A DNA stretch of 62,338 nt, counting the filler, from Diploschistes diacapsis (lineage: Eukaryota), in assembly GCA_023645945.1 (NCBI GenBank). It is 8 parts of 8 records of this genome, joined end to end, with 100 filler letters (N's around TTAATTAATTAA, not from the genome) between each part and the next. Parts side by side here need not be neighbours in the genome. Positions count along the whole stretch, not along the records: positions 37,854 to 62,338 come from JALAIB010000237.1; 7 more parts are not named here. One strand, 5' to 3'. A model generated the notes under the pieces. The model did no database searches. It was not told the origin of the DNA and was given only the letters and a program-made list of their open reading frames with translations. Of the stretch, positions 51,284 through 62,338 are shown one piece after another. Position 1 is the first letter of the stretch. Every line of letters begins with the position of its first letter. A program made the position numbers and the translations under genes.

Positions 51284-52682
51284 GGTCTTTAACGGAAACC
51301 ATGACCTGATATTCCCTGGATTTCCAGAATTAACTTATAAGAAGTCCATCGTTCTATGGAAGAAAGGCCGGACCGCTTAGCTGTGTCCATTGGGTCTCGT
51401 GGCGCCTCGTTGCAGAGGCATATTAGAGGCTCAGCACCCTGTAAATGCTGTCGCTAGCCTTGCTGTCGGCCGCTTTCGGTCTAGTACAATCTGCTACTAT
51501 TGGCCTTTTAGCGAGACCTGGCCACCCCTCGGGCTACTAACCTTTTTAATCGACGACGACATTATAGCTTAGATCCCAGATTCAATTCAGATCCGGATCT
51601 GTCATCGTCTTCGTGACTCAGCATCGCAACGAAAATAGAGTGGAACGTTACCTGCCACAATTTTACCCCTTCAGGTGACCACTAAGCTATATTGGGCCTG
51701 ACGGCGACGCTACTACGACATTTACCAGGGTCGTGAACCTCTCTATTGATTGGTCAACTGAACAAAGCCTGATTATCAGGTGTGATGACTTGACATGCCA
51801 TCGATGAGCTTGTAGCGGTCAGACCTTGCAATCCATATTGATTATTACGAGCTTGAACCCGAGTTCGTTTGGCTCGGAGCCTCTCTCCTGCATCTAAGCG
51901 CATGTTGAGCGCATGCAGGTGGCTCGCCCCCGGACATTCATTCAGGCGAGCAGATTGGATAACGTGTAACTCTGCAGCCTCGGTCTGAATAAACAGGTGT
52001 TGTGAAAGCTTCAAGGTAATCGATTGACCAAGGCCAGAACCAACATAACAACCAGCTCGACAGCAAATAGGAAAGGGTGCGAGCCCAACCGCCAGCTGAG
52101 TGCACACCTTGTTAGCTTCGAATCCACCTCTTGATTTGACTGAAATCTCGAAGCCTCCGATGGAGCGGAGATAGAACTCAGCGTTACAAGCTCAACACAG
52201 TAGAATGAGCTCTTCATATTTGATACACGAAGCTGACTAATTCAGAAAAAATAGGAAGGAGGGTTACCAACGTAAGACACCAACCAAAGTCCTCTGCTTT
52301 CAGAGAGCACCATGTCGTCCACATAGCAAATTCGCGGTCTGGTGAAGAGTATTGGTATCCTTAATTATATAGCAAGTTACAATGTCATCTGGGTCGAACG
52401 AGCACTGAGCCTGGGCACAGTTCCTACAAAGCCGATGTTCCACCTACCCAGTTGATGGCCTTCCCAGTAGAGTCCTTAATTGTGGCCATGTGCATTCTTC
52501 ATCTGGAAAGAGCCAAAAGGGGCTTTCAACTTTGCGAACTACAGTCATCAAACGTCGACTTTCAAAAGTGCCGCAGAACCTGGAGCCTAGGAAAATGAAC
52601 AAGCAACTGCGCTGGACAGGAAGGCCGAAGATGCAATGTAAGTTGCTCGGCTTACCTCAAACGGAGTAAAATACCTACTTAC

Positions 52683-53400
52683 AATGTCCTTGAACGCATC
52701 TGAACTCACAGAGCGCCTTACACTAAGAGTCGTTTGAATATGGTTACATGCCCTTTAGGAAGTAAAGCTTGGGGCTATCGGTACTGAAGCTTCAAGAGAA
52801 GCCGAGTATGGAGCCTTCAAGGTGTGCTTCCATCACGCATGCTATGAATAAAACATTTCTCCCATCCTGCTGGAATTTCCTCATCTGCAGTCACCCATGT
52901 CCAGCACGTCCACATCCTCGCCTCTGCCTTGATACATATCCTCGAGCTCACCGACCATGACTCACGACAGTACTTTCAGACCTTAAAAGACTACTCTGAG
53001 GCGTATCGCGGGAAATCAAGCCTCGGAGCATCTTGAGGCTCGACAAGAGGCGTAACTTTTCGGCAACAAGCTAGAAGGATCGCAATGCTATCAAGATCGC
53101 CAAAGAGCATGCGCCCAAATTAGTCCTCGTGGAAGTTGTCGAATCTGCGGGAGCAGAGCTTTTGATGTATAGTGAATGGGCCCGTTGTGTAAGTTCTTTA
53201 ATTGGTGAGCCCACTTCGAAGAAAGACTGATCAGCAGTAGAGATTAGAGGTCTGATCGGCCTGCGCCTCCCTGAGCCAAGAAAGGATCACTTTGCTTGGC
53301 CAGCATCAGATACCAGCAACATACAAATTTGCGAGCCCCGACTTCAAAGCGACAGCTTCAAGCGGAGATCGCAGAGACTCCAGAGTCTGGATAATCGAAA
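52683..53400 (+). pseudogene. Possible decayed gene of unknown family
   Basis: Fragments KDRNAIKIAKEHAPKLVLVEVVESAGAELLMYSEWAR, a GTAAGT..CTGAT..AG intron, LEGLIGLRLPEPRKDHFAWP, with upstream stops. Confidence 0.35.
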
Positions 53401-55979
53401 ATCAGATAGTTCATCGTGGTGTCGGCCTTGATTATCTCTATTCGATCGATCTTAGAGGCTGAAAGTAGCGAGCTGACCTGATTTAGCACGCCTCGTTTAC
53501 GGGTGAATGGTTTGCAGGTGAATCTTGCATAACATAACAGCCAAATAAGATTTTTTAATTTCCTAAGGGAGGTGCCGTTATGCTGGAAGTTAATGAAGCC
53601 GTCGCATGTTGGTTTGATTTCTATAAAGATCGCTTAAGGCTGGCCTGAGGTTTCTGGCCCAAAGCTGCTCCTGGAAGCAGTTTTCAGGAGTAGTAGAGGA
53701 AAATCCCGTTAAAATATTCAACGCGCTTATAGATCGGCTATAATATCGGGTCTAGGAGGCCCCTCTGGCGACTTCACATTATGTTCCTTTAGGAAAGCTT
53801 CGCGCTCCTTCCATGTTGCAACAATAAGCTCAGCCCGCATATATTTTCCGGCCATCACCTTTCACATCCGCTGGGCTCGAGTGGACTCAATATACTTGTG
53901 AGATCAGTTCCCAGATTTCTTGTGCTCTCGTCGTGTCGTACGACTCTCGCACATTTAATTAGGATATAGATGACTGAAATATGTTAGCACAGGAGGTTAG
54001 TTGTGTGGCGTAAACAATACTTTCGTGCGCTTTATTGGAAGCAGTTCTCGCGGCGCCACTGAAACTGCTTTATGGACTGATTGGTTTGAACAACAATGTC
54101 ATACTCGAGGCACTGCATGCAGATGGTGCAAAGCTTGTTATGATAATCCCGTATGCGTCCCGATGTTTCATTGTTGTATGAAAGCGGATGGAGGATGACT
54201 CTTCTGAAAGCACTGATCAGGGTTTGCGCCCCGATTAGGATCATATTGTCAAGTCGCTTGGTAGCGTCACAAAACCGCCAGTACTTTCGTCACGACCGTT
54301 CTGGATTCTTTCAACAAGTGCTTCCTTTGCGGCAGAGAGAAGGTTTTGTTAGACAACCACGATAGCTCAAGACGGCTTCGAATATGCATCTAAAGGACCG
54401 CTGTTCTTGGACCGCCGAGAAACGCCAAGGACAATGCGATATGCTGCAAGACCACTACGTTTCGTTTGAAAAGTCCTGCATAGAGGACGTCATGTCCTCG
54501 TCTTCTACATTCAGTGGCAGTTTCGCATCTTAGCCTGAAATCAGTGGTCACTGGTGGAGTCCCAGAGAGCGCTCTGAGGGCCAAGTCGATGTGTTGCAGC
54601 TGCCACCATATCCATCTGCGTCGTTCTGTTTCCGCAGAGGGCAGTTTTAGAAGGGCTCCATCACGCTGAAGCTTAGCCTCTCGCCCTTATGTAAAACAAT
54701 GCCCATCAGAGACCAGAGGCCGTTTATTTTTAGTCTGCTGAGCACAGCGATCTACTCAAACTCCTGTCAGGTTCGAAGAAGCTTTGGGTGTGAAAGACTA
54801 ACGACGTACATGATTACAGATTGCAATATCAGGGTATCCGATCCATCAAAAAAGCCACTGGCACCTAAAGCTGGTTCACAGTGGTATTGGAATTCCGCCA
54901 GTAAATGGGTTCTCGTGTGCGACGCTGACGAGATATAGCTCAAATACGAACGCATGCTCCTAGTTGGACAGACATCCACACCTTTCGGTGAGAGAGCCGC
55001 ACACCTCAGTCGTCGACCTTCCGAGCGAAGAAAGTTTTTAGCACTGAGTGAACGTTCCGGTGAAAGACCTTCCATTGGGCAGCGGCTTCGTCTTCCGAGA
55101 GGAGCTTTTGCTGACTGCCCGCCGGACCGCAGTATCTACCATTCCAGCCGTGCCGGATAGACCTTTACTATTAGTACAAAGGATGGAGGCTGTCCAAGCA
55201 TGACATGCGATGCAAGATATATTGAAGCTTCTGGGCTCGGCACTAAACCGCTATCGGTCTATCCTGCTCTCCATCGGCTTCGGGGTTTCCGCCTAGACTT
55301 CGCACCAGCGTCTCTAACTTTTTGGTTCGTTCATTGGGCGAAAGGTCGTTCTAAGTACATTGATCATTGCGTTTCTTGCAATTTGAACAAGCCTCTTCTA
55401 TATCGCAGGGTACCTTGGGTTTTGGACGTTGGCCGTGTGCGTGGACAGGTGCAAGCAGGTTAGGGAGATAGTGGATGGGGGTTGCGAGAAGGCGCAAGAT
55501 AGGCGCTTGTCGGCTTAGGCTCTGCACGTAGGTTTTATTGTAAAACCAGACGCCATAGATACCTTTTCGTGACATAGATTGGATGCTCGGACTTCGGGCT
55601 ATCTAACTCCGACGACATTTCCTCATTCGGACTTCACCAACATCTACGTCTGCTTTGTCAGCAGCAGAATCTACACGTCATGACTTTTGCATGATATAAA
55701 TAGGAATAAAAGCGCCGATTTCAACAATCACCCCGTTTCAGCATAAGTAAGTTACTGTGGCTTCCTCCTACTTAATTCCATCCCTCATATCGCATCCATG
55801 ACGCGCACTCAACGAGTTCTCACTGTTGCCTAGATACTAAAAGGGGCTCAACTATCCGCTAGCAAGAGCGTATGGACGTAGTATAAAACATGGCCATCTC
55901 CGGGAAGTCTTCTTGGTCCTTCGAGCAATCAATGACAATGCCTTGATACTCTACTTTGCATTCAAACAAGCTGAATCAA

Positions 55980-57857
55980 ATGTCGAGCCCCGTAAATCAA
56001 GAGGTTTTGGCGGAGCTTGACGATCAAAATGAGGTTGAGGATGGCTATCCGCCACGAAAGGTGCTCATACCGGCAATGGTGGCCATATACCTAGCTGTCT
56101 TTCTGTTTGCAGTTGTATGCCGTTCCTTTCTCGCTTTTCAAAACTAAAACCATCTTCGCCGTTAACGTCTTATTCTAGGATAGAACTATTCTTGGCACAG
56201 CAATCCCAGCTATCTCAGACGAATTCCATAGTTTTGGGGACATTTCCTGGTATGAGGCAGGCTTTCTGTTGCCTCTTTGCATCTTGCAGCTATCTCTCGG
56301 TCGCGTATATGTGGGTTGAAAGGTGCCATCTGTACGGGTAGAGACGCTGAGGCATGATCCCAGACTTTCTATTCCACCAAATGGGGTAAGCTCGATGCGG
56401 GCGAGTAGACTATAAGTGGTATAACCTCTTCCCAGTCCTCATAACGCTTGTTTTCATCTTCGAAATCGGCTCAATCATATGTGCAACAGCCCCAACTTCG
56501 AATGCCCTCATAGCCGGCAGAGTCATAAGCGGAGTTGGAGCTACTGGAATCATTTCCGGTTCGACCAATCTCATCAACATACTGCTTCCCCTTCGTGCTC
56601 GTCCAAAATGGTCAGGTAAGTTACTTTATTCTTTCGAAGCTCAACAGCCCCGAGAGGCTCCCGATCTGACTCTATGCAGGTGGAATAGGTGCTTTGTTTG
56701 GGCTAGCAAGTATATTAGGACCCCTTCTTGGCGGATTTCTTACCAGCGTGACCTGGCGCTGGTGCTTCTGGATCAATGTACCGATTGGTGGCGTCTCGTT
56801 GATTGCGCTGGTCATTGCAACTCCCAACCGCCCACCCCCACTCAAAGCCGCAGATACTTTCCGGGGAAAGATCAATCAGCTTGATCCTATCGGCTTTCTA
56901 CTGATAGCGCCTGCCACTGTCTGTCTTCTTCTCGCTCTTCAGTGGGCCGGAATTCAGTACCCCTGGAGCGATCCTCGGGTAATTGCACTTTTTGTACTCT
57001 CCGGGGTCTTTGCTGTTGCCTTCATCGCTACTCAATTCTGGCGCAAGGACAACGCGACGGTCCCCCCGAAGATATTCTTCCAGCGCAGCATCCTCGCGGG
57101 AGCCATCGCGTCGTTTGGTATTGGATCATTGCTCGTAATCTACTCGTTCTACTTGCCGATCTGGTTTCAGGCAATCAAGGGAGACTCCTCGCAAAGCTCT
57201 GGCATTTCCTTACTTGGTTTACTCCTCAGTACGGTCGTGTTCGTCATGTTCTCAGGCATAGGGACGAGTGTACTAGGTTATTACACGCCATTCATGATCA
57301 TAGGTGGAGCAATCTCCATAGTGGGTTCGGCGCTGATTTCTACATGGGAGGTCAATACGGGTTCTGGGACCTGGATTGGATATGAGGTATGTTTCAGAGC
57401 TTATTGGAGGAACGTCAACCGCTGACAATGAGGTGAGGTCATTGCTGGGGTCGGCCAGGGCCTCGTTCTCCAAGGGCCGAACATTGCCGCTCAGACTGTC
57501 CTGGGAAAAGCCGAAGCGCCCATTGGATTTGCATTACTTGCTTTCATCTCGTTCTTAGGAGGTAGCATCTCCATAACCGTTTGTCAGACTCTATTGGTAA
57601 ATAAGCTGGTGTCAGCTCTTGAGGGGAAGGTCGTGGGATTCGATCCTGGCGCTATAGTAAACCAAGGAGCTACCTCCTTGAGGCACTTGGTCCCCAGCAG
57701 TGAGCTTCCGCTTGTGCTTGAAGCCTACAATGACTCTCTAAGAAGCATATGGTACTTGGTCACGGCTTTGTCGGCTTTGGTGTTCATCGCATCCTTTGGG
57801 CTGGAGTGGAAGAGTGTCAAGAACGAAAAGAGCGAAAAGAGTTCAGAAGCCTTTTGA
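55980..57857 (+). CDS. MFS drug:H+ antiporter, 14-TM DHA14 (aflT/gliA-like) family
   Basis: Multi-exon including a 22-nt microexon; DRTILGTAIPAISDEFHS, FEIGSIICATAPTSNALIAGR, LGPLLGGFLTSVTWRWCFWINVPIGG, YLPIWFQAIKG, GYYTPFMI, LEWKSVK. Confidence 0.94.
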
Positions 57858-58244
57858 GTCAGGTTAAGGGTCAAAGTCGGATTCTAGTTACAGCGGGTTC
57901 AGGTTAAGGAATTTCTACAATTAAATTATCTTAGGGTTGTATGTGTTATAACTGCGTTACTGAATGGGCAGCGGGCTTTTCCATGTACATGGCTACACTG
58001 CGTCTGTTCGTCGACTTCTTTGCTGAACAATAATGGTACTTGGTAAGTGTGGATTCTTTCTCTTACTCGAACACATAACACTTCAACCCATCAATAGTCT
58101 CTCGACTATTTCGCTTTGAATTGTCATCGTGGAGTTGATCCGTATTTATATGCGTTCGTCTTCAAATTTCCTGGTGGATCATAAGAAACAGACCCTCGCC
58201 ATTTGCTGGTTTACCCAGCTGAATCGCTCGACTTTACTGAAAAC

Positions 58245-60341
58245 ATGGCGGGCAACGTCAGAATCCCGTTGGAGGTCTTCTTCAACGTCCTGGATTATGC
58301 AGACGAAGACGTAGTTGAGCAACTTTACACAGCTACATCGGGCAACCGACGATATCATGCTGCTGTTCTAGAATACCGGTGGCAAAACATCAGTATCGTG
58401 GAAGAAGATATCTATTACGGCAGTCAACACACTGCAGATTCTCGGCATCTCATTGCTTCAGCACTTCGAAAAACGACTACGGAGAACAATGATGTTCCTG
58501 CAGAACCAGCATCTTACATTAGATGCTTACGTGCTGACTATGCTCGGCCGTACGCACAACACCCATCTTACAAAAGAACCTTTTCTCCAGACAGGGGGAA
58601 CCTCTCTCTCTTCCATCTGCTAACTCGTTGTAGTTCGCTTCGCGAGCTCTACCGCGTCGCACCTCTATGCCAGAAAGCGCTGAAACTGATCACCCATTCG
58701 AGCCATCACTCGCTTCAACGACTCCGACTGCAGATTCCATCGCCTGGCCACCCATCACAAGCAAGAAACTGGCGATGTCTGCAATCGATGATGGAGCTTA
58801 CCAAGTTAGAGATAGGCGATGTTTCTCCACAAGACGCAACAGAGCTTGGGATGGTTGTCGGAGAGCTGCAGAATCTTACTGATCTGACACTGATGATGTT
58901 GGAGTCTGAACCAGGCTCGAGCTCCATCTTCAATTTCTTGACCAACCTGCATGTTACCGACAGGATCTCGCACCAAACAGTGCGCTACTTCCCTTCAGGC
59001 CTGAAGTCTTTGACCCTGTGCGACCCTACTGAGACGAGTATGTTCACGTCTGCAGTTCGAGGGCTCTTCCCCCCACTATCCATGGCGCGGATCAGTATCC
59101 CTCTTCTCGAAGATTTATGGCTTGACTGTCAGAACACTCTGACGTTAAGGGTCATGCTGGCCTGGTGGGAGCTCCCCATTCTCGAGAGACTCACTATACC
59201 TAGTGTCACGTGCGATCCACGAGGACTCTCTGGTGCTCTGACCTGGACCAATCGCATCTTGTATGAAGTTCTCGAACCAGTGATCTCGATGTGTCGTGAC
59301 ACTATCCATCAGGTGGTACTATTAGATGTATGGCAGAACAAAGATCGCCACTCCAAGCTGAAGACGATGAATACTGCTTGGAACTGGGAGTTCGGTTTCG
59401 TTATAACTGATTTAGTCTTTGGGACTCGTTCACGGAGACATATGGATCTTGCGCTCTCGCACTTATTTCGTATGAAATCCAAGGCAAGGTACAGAAGAGC
59501 TATCATTGACTGCTACCTTTACCAACAACTGTTTGACACCAACCAGCTTCATGAGAGTCTGATCCGTCTAAGGATAGATCAATTAGACTTCTACGAGGAT
59601 GCATTCGAGGATCTTTTCCGAAATAACTTTCCGAAACTCCGAATCCTAATATTGTATCCCTGGAACCCGCAGCCGTTTCGCTCAGACGATGAAAGATACC
59701 CGAAACGCATAGATGGCTTCTTGGAAGGTCGTCTAGCTCAGCGTATACTTCAGTATGCGGGTGAAAGCATTCCAGAGCTGTGCGTGCTTGCAATTGGTGG
59801 CTATAAATTTTGGCTTCCAAAGGCACCATATGCCAAGAAGATGGTCGAGCGTCCTCTCCTCACGCCCAAACTCTGGCGGCAAGTTTGGCATCTAGACCAC
59901 GCAATGGCCGACACAGCGCAGAGGGAGGCTATCCGGAGCAGCCTCGATGCACGAGACTGGCAATTCTTGAGCGATATCCCACCACATCCCAGGAAGGAGG
60001 ATCCGTATGCGAGTTCAAGCCATCCCGATCCTGAAAAAAATGTAGACGAGAGAAACAGGGTGCTATTCAGAAATTGCGCGGCATCACAGATGATTCGAAA
60101 CAGGAATTACATGGTGCTGCATCCGGAGGATATCTCGCCGGAAGCGCATGAGTACTTCTCGGCCTCATCTTCGGCTTATACACGACCTCTTCATTGGTTG
60201 CATAATCTGGCAATTTGGGACTCCGAAGCTTCGGAACAACTTGCGAAAGGGGCAGCGCTTCGGAACGTTATTGGAGAAGGTACAGCGTTTCCGGACGTTA
60301 TTGGGAAAGGCGCAGCGCTTCCGGATATCACTTCACCATAG
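58245..60341 (+). CDS. Intronless hypothetical protein with F-box-like N-terminus and LRR-like central region
   Basis: Open frame of 698 codons from ATG 58245; IPLEVFFNVLDY resembles an F-box start; repeated LxxLxL motifs (LRELY, LQRLRL, LTKLEI, LTDLTL, LKSLTL, LERLTI, LRILIL). Confidence 0.6.
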   Translation: MAGNVRIPLEVFFNVLDYADEDVVEQLYTATSGNRRYHAAVLEYRWQNISIVEEDIYYGSQHTADSRHLIASALRKTTTENNDVPAEPASYIRCLRADYARPYAQHPSYKRTFSPDRGNLSLFHLLTRCSSLRELYRVAPLCQKALKLITHSSHHSLQRLRLQIPSPGHPSQARNWRCLQSMMELTKLEIGDVSPQDATELGMVVGELQNLTDLTLMMLESEPGSSSIFNFLTNLHVTDRISHQTVRYFPSGLKSLTLCDPTETSMFTSAVRGLFPPLSMARISIPLLEDLWLDCQNTLTLRVMLAWWELPILERLTIPSVTCDPRGLSGALTWTNRILYEVLEPVISMCRDTIHQVVLLDVWQNKDRHSKLKTMNTAWNWEFGFVITDLVFGTRSRRHMDLALSHLFRMKSKARYRRAIIDCYLYQQLFDTNQLHESLIRLRIDQLDFYEDAFEDLFRNNFPKLRILILYPWNPQPFRSDDERYPKRIDGFLEGRLAQRILQYAGESIPELCVLAIGGYKFWLPKAPYAKKMVERPLLTPKLWRQVWHLDHAMADTAQREAIRSSLDARDWQFLSDIPPHPRKEDPYASSSHPDPEKNVDERNRVLFRNCAASQMIRNRNYMVLHPEDISPEAHEYFSASSSAYTRPLHWLHNLAIWDSEASEQLAKGAALRNVIGEGTAFPDVIGKGAALPDITSP
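60247..60330 (+). repeat. 30-bp coding tandem repeat, about 2.8 copies
   Basis: Encodes KGAALRNVIG / EGTAFPDVIG / KGAALPDITS at the C-terminus of the F-box-like ORF. Confidence 0.8.
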
Positions 60342-60905
60342 ACCATCTTTTTCAGCCATATGGCTGTTGTGCTTCAGAAGGACACCGCAGGATAAAGTTT
60401 GAAGCAGAATTAAGTGTCTGAGAATATTTGATATACATAGGGTTGGAATGAACCGCAGATCTTCCAAGCATAACTTTACATTGCTTAAGACTTTGAGTAT
60501 ATCGAAGTCGATAGCCGACAATGGTCGGTGAAGTATCGTAAGAGCTTGGGACTAGGGGAGCTAGTATGCATGTTTTTACAATAGGTAGTCTTGATTATGA
60601 GTATTAAGGGTCGACGTTCTTCGCTCGAGCTAAACGACGACCTTTCCAAGCATTGTAAAAGTGAAGAGAACAGGTAAAGTCACAAACATGTAAAAACTAA
60701 CGCGGCTACTCAGCCCTATATAGCCCTTTCCACCCTCGCTTAGATGCCGCCCACACAAAGGGCAAACCTACCAGATCACGCCAAGTAATTGCACCTCACC
60801 CACACAAAACTTAATACCCACAAACCCTCGACAACAAGCAAGACTTCATCTTCGAACGGCAGCCCAAACACGTCCCTAGTCACTTAACTGCTGACATCGT
60901 CCAAG

Positions 60906-61840
60906 ATGAAGCTCAACATCTCGTATCCGGCAAACGGGACCCAGAAGCTCATCGAGATCGAAGACGACCGCAAGCTCCGAATCTTCATGGACCGGCGCAT
61001 GGGCCAAGAAGTCCCGGGCGACAGCGTCGGCGACGAGTTCAAAGGCTACACTCTCCGCATCACGGGCGGTAATGACAAGCAGGGTTTCCCCATGAAGCAG
61101 GGCGTCATGCACCCGACCCGTGTTCGTCTGCTGTTGGCGGAGGGCCACAGCTGCTACCGTCCCCGCCGGACCGGCGAGCGCAAGAGGAAATCTGTTAGGG
61201 GCTGCATTGTGGGGATGGACCTGTCGGTTCTGGCGGTTGCTATCGTGAAAAAGGGAGAGGGTGAGATCCCCGGCTTGACGGACAAGGTGGAGCCGAAGAG
61301 GCTGGGGCCGAAGAGGGCGACGAAAATTCGGAAGTTCTTTGGATTGAAAAAAGAAGATGATGTGAGTTCCTCTACCATGGATTTGCAACATCGGGCGTCA
61401 TCTGCTGCAATTTTGGTTGCATTCGAAGAAGGCAGCGCTGATTATCTGTGCTCAAACAGGTTCGCCAGTTCGTCATCCGCCGTGAAGTCCAGCCCAAGGG
61501 CGAAGGCAAGAAACCTTACACCAAGGCACCGAAGATCCAGCGCCTCGTCACTCCCCAGCGCATGCAGCACAAACGTCGTCGTCTGGCTCTCAAGCGCAGA
61601 CAAGCCGAGCGTGTCAAGGATGCCGCGGTAAGCCCCTACCTCTGTCCCCTGGCATATCTTTGAACTACTATGTTCGAAGCAAATACTATTTGCTTTAATC
61701 TCGTAGTCAATGCGAAACGTTTGCTGACTTCTTTCGATCCACAGAACGAGTACGCCCAGATACTTGCCAAGCGTGTCGCCGAGTCGAGGGAAACCAAGAC
61801 CGAGGCGCGCAAGCGGAGAGCCAGCTCGATGAAGAAATAG
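60906..61840 (+). CDS. RPS6: 40S ribosomal protein eS6
   Basis: Exons 60906-61361, 61460-61627, 61745-61840; [56 protein letters not shown]. Confidence 0.99.
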
Positions 61841-62259
61841 ACGGATGCCACCTCTCGACGGCCTCTTGACATACTGAATGTATTTGGGCTAGCTAGGGCG
61901 GGGAAACAGGATGTCTGAGGATGTCGTGATGATGAACTCGAGAAGACTCCAGTTCTGGATGGGAAGACGCGGTGCATCACTACTCGACCGGCCCGCGTTC
62001 GACTTCAGGGAGTTCTTTTGAAGTACCGCGATGTAGCATAAATTGGAAGAAAGGGGATGAATTCAAATGTTGCTTGCAATCCTCACCTTAACAGGGATGA
62101 GCTATTATCATGAAATCATGTCTTGCTAGCATTGCCAACCTATCAAACGCATTTTTTCCGCAGGTACAGCAACATTTTCCCGCCCCTCGGTCCCGCCAAT
62201 CAACGAGCACCGGCGCCGCGAGCCAGCTACTGCGCAGCTACAACAGCTACATTCTCAAA

Positions 62260-62338
62260 ATGAAACGTCGGTCCGCCCGGGACCGCCCCTTCCGCTCCCT
62301 GCGGCAACCCTTCCCTCCTCTGGCCCTCTCCCTCTTTC
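62260..62338 (+). CDS. Possible start of the next gene (short first exon plus intron)
   Basis: Strong Kozak context CAAAATG followed by a possible GTCGGT donor and a pyrimidine-rich tract at the window edge. Confidence 0.25.
   Translation, partial: MKRRSARDRPFRSLRQPFPPLALSLF

Noticed and set aside
53500..55900. Short ORFs upstream of the DHA14 pump
   Set aside because: No recognisable domain or consistent exon chain
61920..62000. C/D snoRNA after RPS6 (GTGATGA)
   Set aside because: No downstream CTGA box with a terminal stem
1..62338. tRNA, rRNA, TPP riboswitch or Starship captain
   Set aside because: No matching motifs recognised by eye; covariance-model and HMM scans would be needed to exclude them

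Overview
Filamentous ascomycete (Pezizomycotina) genomic DNA with spliceosomal introns. The window is not one locus: seven identical 100-nt N-linkers containing TTAATTAATTAA join two long contigs (1-24501, 37854-62338) and six short ones of monotonically decreasing length (2112, 2111, 2111, 2110, 2106, 2102 nt), so adjacency across linkers is probably artificial. The left contig carries ASF1, RNA14, a QDE-2-type Argonaute, GET3, an RfeG-like small protein, an RRM plus zinc-knuckle Air1/2-like gene, ORM1, an MFS transporter and an O-methyltransferase pseudogene. The short contigs carry parts of LTV1 and MRPL7, a hypothetical gene, and RIP-degraded Ty3/gypsy relics (solo LTRs with TSDs, a 570-bp TRIM-like element). 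The right contig carries a DJ-1/PfpI gene, decayed accessory genes (JmjC-like), a convergent SNF2-helicase / NACHT-C2H2-ankyrin NLR pair, a DHA14 MFS pump, an F-box-like orphan and RPS6. Best leads: the NLR-SNF2 pair as a candidate fungal defence module; an Argonaute apparently encoding two alternative N-termini; a TRIM-like mini LTR element; CpG-sparing RIP. All identities come from motif recognition by eye; no searches were run.
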